Below are positions 56,175 through 64,000 of a stretch of DNA of 64,000 nucleotides, piece by piece. Within the stretch, counting starts at the first letter, position 1, and every line of letters begins with the position of its first letter. This DNA comes from Octopus vulgaris (Eukaryota), in assembly GCA_951406725.2 (NCBI GenBank), contig OX597830.1:6200001-6264000 (forward strand). Direction: 5' to 3'. A model generated the notes under the pieces. That model did not search any database and had not been told where the DNA came from. It saw only the letters and a program-made list of their open reading frames with translations. A program made the translations under genes and the position numbers.

Positions 56175-56343
56175 ATAGCTTACGAAAAAAACAAAAGACG
56201 AAGACAGGTGGTTACAAAACAAACAGATGTATTAGTATAACGCTCAGGAACAGAAAAAAGTCTTTTACGTTTCGAGCCTACGCTCTTCTACAGAAACGGA
56301 CAGAGAAAAAATGTGTGCAGTGGCTAACGATCTATCATGGCGC
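56172..56343 (-). mobile_element. Solo family A pLTR with CUGUAGA HHR
   Basis: Minus TTT-CTGTAGA-A-GAGC-GTAG-GCTC-GAAA-CG-TA-AAAG at 56262-56296. Confidence 0.72.
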
Positions 56344-56614
56344 TATATATACATATATGAGTGCGTGTTTCTGTGTGCGTGTGTAAATGTACGTATTATT
56401 TGTTTGTGTACGTTGAATCATGTAAAATTATAAATATATAGAAATTATGAAATGTGAGAGAGAAGTAAAAAGAATGTATTTATGTGCCTGTACACACACA
56501 GGCACACACACAAACCCACACTCTCACACACAAGCACATACAAACACACACACATGTATATATAAGATATATCCTAAATAGATCTGTAAATACATTAACT
56601 AGATAGATAAATAT

Positions 56615-56645
<31 letters not shown>

Positions 56646-56685
56646 TATAGATAGATAGATGGATAGATGGATAGATGGATAGATG

Positions 56686-56748
<63 letters not shown>

Positions 56749-57073
56749 GCATATTTCCGAAAAGAACTAAGAGAAAGAAGAAAATATAAACGAAAGAAGA
56801 AAAAGAAATATATAAATAAGATATTAAAGGATGAAAAAATATATAAGAAGCGAAACACTCCTGGAGTTTGACATGCTAATATTTAGCCGGGAAGAAAAGA
56901 AATTTAAATCTCACCCGACAATAAATGTTTGAATGCTTTCTTTCAAAGAAATCGTGCTGAATGTAAATGTTGAGAACATTTTAAAAAGTAGGTCTGCAAG
57001 ATTTCAAACAAATAGAAGCAAGAACAAACGAATGAAGATAAAGATGAAAGAAACGAGAATAATAATAATAATA

Positions 57074-57163
<90 letters not shown>

Positions 57164-57816
57164 GTGATAAATAGAAAAGTGGGAGCAGTAATTGATGGCA
57201 AGATTGAAAGATGGAGAGATGGCAATAATGACGTAAATTAAGGTTGGAGCGAGGGGTTTAAAAACTGTTTGGAGCGAAAACCATTGTGAAACGAGGATCG
57301 GAAGTAACCATACGTATTTCGATATCTCACATGTGTATAAATATGTGTAAAAGCTTGCTACGTGGTGCACACATGAGGTTTATGGTTGTGTGATTTGTGA
57401 GTGTGCGCTGTGACTGTGTGCGTGTGTGTGTGTGCGGAGGATGAGAAGGGAGTATTATGCAGACGTTAATACGCTGCACACATTTTATAGAACCATGCAG
57501 AGGTAGACATGTAATTTTATAATAAAACATATTAAATTCAAACATTATATATGAATAAAAGTATGTGTGTGTGTGTCTGTGTGTGTGTGTGTGTGTGTAT
57601 ACTCATAGGCACACGCACACATATGTATATCTGTACTAATGTATGTTTATATGCATACATGTTTGTACTTATGCAAGTATGTATACATATATACACATAT
57701 ATTATACAAGATCTTAAATATACATGTATACAAATACCTATAAGCATACATGCTTCTCTCTCTGTCTCTCCCTATCTATATATAGTTCATACATACATAC
57801 ATACATACATACATAC

Positions 57817-57852
<36 letters not shown>

Positions 57853-57862
57853 GTATATATAA

Positions 57863-57903
<41 letters not shown>

Positions 57904-58379
57904 AATATATATATATATATTTATATATATATGTTCAAACTCATGTCTCTGTATACACACGAGAGACTAAGATGAAAGAGCTAGATAAATTGGGAACTAA
58001 TGACGTATCGTATGGAGTTGTTTCCTTCATGTTACAAATGTAGTTCTTGAGAGGAAGCTTGATATGTCGTGGGAATTGTAAAGTGAGGGATTAAATTTAG
58101 GGACAGCATTAGTTCAGCACTTTATTCGAAAATATAATATCAATGTTCGAAATCATTTGAAATTTAGGCTTTCTCTTGAAATAATTTAAATATGAAAATC
58201 CACTTTTTTACTATGGTCATTCAACTGATTTCGAAGTAAAATGATTTGTTACCATTCTGACCCGCATCTGCAGCCTTTAGAAATTGCCCCTTCGGGTTCT
58301 AGGATTCGTAAGACCGGTTACTGTGCCTTTATGATCTAGAGGTGACGGTGATCACAATAATCTGCCGGATGACGAATCT

Positions 58380-58530
58380 GTCACAGGACTACTTAATTAC
58401 AGGTGAGTGGACTGGTGCAACGTCAAAGGTAGTGTTTTGCTCAAGAACACAAAACATCGCCTGTTTGGGGAATTGAAACCACGATCAAGCGGTCTTCAGT
58501 GCACCACTATAACCATTGAATCACGCACCT
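58380..58530 (-). mobile_element. Degenerate CORE-like SINE
   Basis: tgagtggactggtgcaacg...gtgttttgctcaagaacaca...gggaattgaaaccacgatc. Confidence 0.6.
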
Positions 58531-60244
58531 TAACTTAAAAACTTAATGGACGCACAACATTTTTCCATTAAATTTTTAAAGACTATTTTTTGCTTTACTC
58601 AGGAGTAAAGTCAGTGGCTTTTCTTGTTCTTTTGCAGAGCCTTCGCATCTGATACGACATCTGGCGGAAGTACTTTAACAAATGAGTAGCTGCCATTAAC
58701 GGAACCCATGGTGCCATGTGATTTTAAAACGGGCTGCAGATTAAGTTTATTGTGACGGGAATCGAACCCAGATTACTAACAGCTTGAAGAGATTCCCTCT
58801 AGATATCCTTCAAAGCAGTTACATTCTAACCCATTCACCGTGCTACATTGTCTCTTTTTCTATCGACCATGGAATCAACGTTGACGTCGGCCCAACTTGA
58901 ACTCAGATTGCAGCAAGTCGGGACGAACATTTTGAGGCATTCTCAGCAACTCTTCCACACGTCGGCCAAATCACTGCCAAGATTTTAACTTCAGATTTGT
59001 CTCCCTTGATTTTCAGAATTTTCATTAACATTTGCGATTTTCTCTTCATTAATGTGCACGCTTAATTGATAAAGCATTCATTTTAGAACTATTGTAGACG
59101 TATTGGTTATCTATTAAGTATTTATGCATCGAATTTGTTTCTACTTGCTCTCTAGGAATGACGTTTATGTACACACTTCCGATGTGTATATAGTCATTCT
59201 ATGCATCAACATATTTGAAGGATTTTCTATTAATGCTGTATACAACCAGATATAAACAAATCAAATCTACACGAATACATTTATATATTATTGATTTCAG
59301 ATATGTTGAAAAAATGGCTTGGAAACATACTGAAAACCACTTAGTCTTAGTTTGTGTTTAGGATTGGATAATGTAAATTTCCTGTCGATGTTATTACCGT
59401 AGTCCACATTAGCAATAACAGCCAACAGGGTGAGGAGAGTCTTTGTAATCTTTAATATTACATAATGTAACATTACAGAAATACATTATGTAATATTAAC
59501 GGACAGGATGTTCGTGACTGGAACAACTTTGATCATATTTTTTCTCTCTCATGGCAGACCCGGAGCAAAACATCGACAAATACGACTTCAACAAGAGAAA
59601 CAGTGTAAATATTTAAGAAATAATTTGATGTCTTTAATACGTATGCATTAACGCCATTGGTGAATATATCTAGATTCTCCAACAGATAACATATTATATC
59701 TTTATTTACATATTTATGCGCCTGTCACACATTTATAGAGGAATTTATTGTATTATTCACTTGACATGACATTTTCGTTCCTGCCCGACAATGTCTTTAA
59801 ATAGTTATGTATTCTTCAGTTATGGTATGAAGTACAGGTATAATACAAAGTGTGAGGTTTCGAATTCGGTTTAAAGTTTAAAATTTTATGCTGTATTTAT
59901 GGAAAGAAATATTTTCCTTCATACAGTTTATTTTAATATGCAATGTAAAAAATATATATCTAGTCTAGTTAAATTGAGACAATTTTCATTTATTGGTAAA
60001 TGCAAGATTGCACGTCTTACCCGGACAGATAATATGTGTGTGAGAGAGAGAGAGAGGGGTGGAGAGGGAGAGGGGGAGGGAGAGAGATAGAGGAGAGAGA
60101 GAGAGATGATGGGTGAATCTATGTTCTTCAGGGGAGATAATCACTCCCTTTTCTTTTTAAGTTAGGAAGTTGTTTGTTTTTCTCAGGGTAGGGAAGGAAA
60201 TGAGAAAAGCGTTCATGTTTTATAAGAGACTTTATTATTATCAG

Positions 60245-60300
60245 AATATCCGTGTATGGACACATTTCGGTTTATTTAGCCCTAATCAGCAAAGATATTG
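60245..60300 (-). ncRNA. Degenerate hammerhead-like motif
   Basis: AATATCTTTG-CTGATTA-GG..CC-GAAA-TGTG-TC-CATACACGGATATT (G8 mutated). Confidence 0.4.
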
Positions 60301-60703
60301 TGGTTTCTTTAATACCTTTATCTTTGTTTAAACTAGTCCGTTTCAAGTCATTTAAGTATTCAACTTAATGGGTTTCTTTTTTTTTCTGTTATGTATGTAT
60401 GTATGTATTCATATACATGCATGCGCATGACAATAATATATATTCCTGCCTGAGTTAACGGTACGATCCCATATTACCGAATGTACATATTCCACTGGGC
60501 CCGACATATCGCACGGTTCACAGACAAAAGGTTAACCCACAGACAAGACACACGCTCACTCATACAGACACACACACACACATACACACACATCTGTATA
60601 TTTACATGTATGTATACATTTACATATAAGCATAATTTACTGCTCTGTAAAGATAAGATCAACAAAAGTGCTCCATCCAGTAAGAAGATAAATATCATTT
60701 AAT

Positions 60704-61087
60704 GGAAGCACTCCGTCGGTTACAACGATGAGGGTTCCGGTTGATCCGAATCAACGGAACAGCCTGCTCGTGAAATTAACGTGCAAGTGGCTGAGCACTC
60801 CACAGACACGTGTACCCTTAACGTAATTCTCGGGGATATTCAGCGTGACACAGAGAGTGACAAGGCCGGCCCTTTGAAATACAGGTACAACAGAAACAGG
60901 AAGTAAGAGTGAGAGAAAGTTGTGTTGAAAGAGTACAGCAGGGATCACCACCATCCCCTGCCGGAGACTCGTGGAGCTTTAGGTGTTTCCGCTCAATAAA
61001 CACTCACAACGCCCGGTCTGGGAATCGAAACCGCGATCCTATGACCGCGAGTCCGCTGCCCTAACCACTGGGCCATTGCGCCTCCAC
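60704..61087 (-). mobile_element. Young tRNA-derived SINE with 11-bp target-site duplication
   Basis: A box TGGCCCAGTGG, B box GTTTCGATTCC; TSD TATCATTTAAT at 60693-60703 and 61088-61098. Confidence 0.9.
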
Positions 61088-61099
61088 TATCATTTAATA

Positions 61100-61727
61100 T
61101 CAGCATCCTAACTATGTCTTGTTGATCATCATCGTATTCTTGTGAAACAGTTCTTCATATTACTTCCGCTTCATTTGCTGAGAATACATTTTCCTTTACA
61201 CCCTTCTTTACTTCTTCACTTCTGTCATTCATTTCCTTCTTCTCACTGAACAATGTATCCGTTGGGGGAGTATTATTTCTATTTTCTACTTTCCTTTTTA
61301 TCTCTTCTATTTCTATGACTGTTAACCACCCTTTTGCTCTTATTGCTCTAGCTTGGTCGGCTAACCGTTGCTCACGTATTTCGAAGAGTCCTATTTCATT
61401 CCATTTTGCTTTCATTCGATGTCGGAGCCCCTGTTCTGGCGGCTTCACTTGTGATCCGGCATTCAATTACCGTTTGGTTTGCCTCCTCATCTCACCTTCT
61501 TCTCTGTTTCTGGATTTATTTACAAACAGTCTCCAGACGAACACTGGGCCCTCGTTGCTCAAGTACAGACCACCAGCCTGGCGAAAGGCTTTCACCTTTG
61601 GTTCCCGCCTCATTAACACCATTATTTGATACATTTGTATTAGACGTTTTCACTCAACAATGAAGTTTGTGTTTTCAGGCAAGACACCAGCCGGTATTTT
61701 TATTGAGAAACCATCACAAGTAAGCTT
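61100..61727 (-). mobile_element. R4/Dong-like non-LTR 5' fragment abutting (TAA)/(TGA)n
   Basis: [10 protein letters not shown]...[43 protein letters not shown] resembles the R4-clade N-terminal motif. Confidence 0.65.
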
Positions 61728-61743
61728 TATCATCATCATCATT

Positions 61744-61802
<59 letters not shown>

Positions 61803-62568
61803 TATTATTATTATTATTATTATCATTATTATTATTATTATTATTATTATTAATATTATTTATTATTATTATTATCATTACTATCATTAATTGTAATCAT
61901 TAACAAAGTAAATATAATGAGGGCAAATAATAAGAAAGTATGTACACACATTTAAATCAGATTTTGTAAACACATACATTTGAAATTGCCTTGAAGCCAA
62001 CGATAAAATTTGATTTTCGAATCAGAAAAATATGAGAAAAATCATGCGTTGAAAATTGTTGGAAGTTGTGTTAAGAAGTGACATAAAAATACTTAGGAAA
62101 TACGCAAAGAATGTTAGAAGGAAATACAAAAATTACAAGAGAAATTGAATGTTAAAGGTGAAATGAATAAGTCGATAAAGAACTTGAGGAACGGCAACAG
62201 GTATTATCTAACGTAAATTTTCGTGTTGAAACAATTTTTGTCACCTTGATAATAATCAAAACAAAACGTAAATAGATAAGGAAGGGAAAATAAAATAAAC
62301 ATCAAGAACAGAAATTGGAAAGTAAAAATATAGCAGAATAAAAATAATTTGTTGAACTCTGAAGATGATAATTCCTATGACATCATCACTCTTCGCAGAA
62401 GTGATAGGATCCAAACTTTATGTCACCTTCGTTTATGAAATTGCTTTTTCTATACGCTTATTGATTTTGTAAACTTCCTTATTTCACATTTTATTCTTTT
62501 CTTTTTTGTATCATTCGACTTCAGTACAAAAGCAAAGAAAAACCGGTAGATGCTGATTCTCTCCTTGC

Positions 62569-62616
<48 letters not shown>

Positions 62617-62937
62617 GTACTCAAGAGATTTGAACTTGAGCCGGTAGAATGGTAAATGCAATGACAAGCAAATTAAACAAGTCGATTTACACAGAGTATT
62701 AAATATATCTAATAGAAGAAAAATGTACATTTGTATGGATATACAATAGTTCGACTTACAGAATAAAATGACGTTAGTAGTTAAATGGTTAGCGTTTTAC
62801 GATTCCAACAGCTATTTTTGGGGCCTTGATGGTCCGGAATAATGATAGTTACTTGGGTCATTATTGGATAACACCGCCTCCGTCCTCAGGGGAGAATTTT
62901 ACATTTGATGTGCTGACAGGATGGAATCATGTAGACA

Positions 62938-63243
62938 ATCCCGCTCAAAAGGTTCTTAAATAAGAGTTATTTAAGGATGTTGAACGAAACACCCATGTTC
63001 CAGAGATGAATTATTCAACACATGGCTATGATACTCCCTCACTACTTCTGCTCATGATCAGAGATGCACACATCATAAGCCACTAAGGGACATGCTCAAC
63101 TGATTAAGGTCAAACAACTGACAAGCAAATCTGGGGTATTGAACAGAATATTTGCTGTAGCCCATCTTTTATAAAAAGACAAAATATGTACATAACATTT
63201 CCAATCAGTTAAGATAAGAAGCCATGTGAGCCAGTGCTTGGGC
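62938..63243 (-). mobile_element. Antisense copy of the 19815-20368 repeat
   Basis: gccactaagggacatgctcaactgattaaggtcaaacaactgacaagcaaat is the reverse complement of 19942-19995. Confidence 0.85.
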
Positions 63244-63558
63244 CTGGCAGAGCAACCGGGGGGAGACTACCGGTTCTAGAAAAACTCTACAGGCATGGAT
63301 GTGCTGTCAAAAGGACTTCTCCGAGGTGCGCGCAGTGACGAAACCGTTCTGAACGCCCTCGTTCAGTGTCCGGGCATTGCTGACTTGTTGAACAGCTGCT
63401 CTCAAGTGTGTGGAACGGATCCGTCTGTCGGCCGAGTCTTTAGTGGTGATCGCACCACTGCTCCTTCAATCAAGCAGACAAGGCAGTTTTCTTTTACCTG
63501 ATGGCTGTGGCAAAAGAGGTTGTTTTGTAGACAAAGCTGAAAAGCATGAAACACAATA
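63242..63558 (+). pseudogene. L1/Tx1-type ORF2 C-terminal zinc-finger (zf-RVT) remnant
   Basis: AWQ..RGRLPVLEKLYRHG...SPRCARSDETVLNALVQCP.IADL, a decayed CxxC..ET..H...C motif. Confidence 0.65.
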
Positions 63559-64000
63559 AAGTAATTAATCGCATTCTACAAGTGAAAAATGAGATTCCAG
63601 TTACCGCTGGAAGTTTGTGCAGTTCTACATTTTATAATTCTTTTCCTTTCAGTCGATATGAATATTAACCAAATCAGACATTAACATCAAGTCTATAATT
63701 TTTATTTCGTTCACTAATTAGATTTTCTATAGTTATTTAACAAGGGAACGCTTATTGAATTAAATATATATATATATTCACTATCGAACTGCAAAGTTCG
63801 ATATGTTGCAGGCGATTCAATTCCGAGATGAATCCATCACGGATATGGACATTATGGATATTGTTATAAATGAATTCATCTCGGATGTTATATTTGGTGT
63901 TGTTGTTGTTGTTGTTGCTGCTGCTTCTGTTTTTAGGAAAGATGGATATGGGAAATACTTCTGGCTTCATCCTCTGCGACTTCAATATTTTCTCCCTAGA

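Noticed and set aside
61010-61087. tRNA gene
   Set aside because: The tRNA-like A/B-box region continues into a SINE body and is bounded by a TSD.
62352-62440. CTGAAGA-T-GA...TC-CAAAC-TTTAT-GTC with internal hairpin
   Set aside because: G12 mutated and stem I unpaired; too degenerate to call.

Overview
This is an AT-rich, microsatellite-saturated eukaryotic window with no recognisable host protein-coding exon. The SINE families and repeat landscape suggest a coleoid cephalopod, most likely Octopus (inference); it is probably intronic or intergenic. Most ORFs in the supplied track are microsatellite artefacts. Real coding remnants are all transposon-derived: a 5'-truncated CR1-group LINE (24.4-27.0 kb) plus a shorter copy, Penelope-like (PLE) GIY-YIG fragments, DD37D maT and mariner DNA transposons, R4/Dong-like and L1/Tx1 fragments. 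There are also many tRNA-derived SINEs and MITE-like palindromes. The most notable hidden layer is roughly 20 type I hammerhead ribozyme (HHR) motifs, intact or decayed, from several unrelated PLE pseudo-LTR-like families. They include a tandem retrozyme-like unit with a 397-nt cleavage-to-cleavage period, several divergently inverted HHR pairs, and a six-copy family with a non-canonical CUGUNGA core (A6U). All structures were read by eye; none is experimentally or computationally verified.
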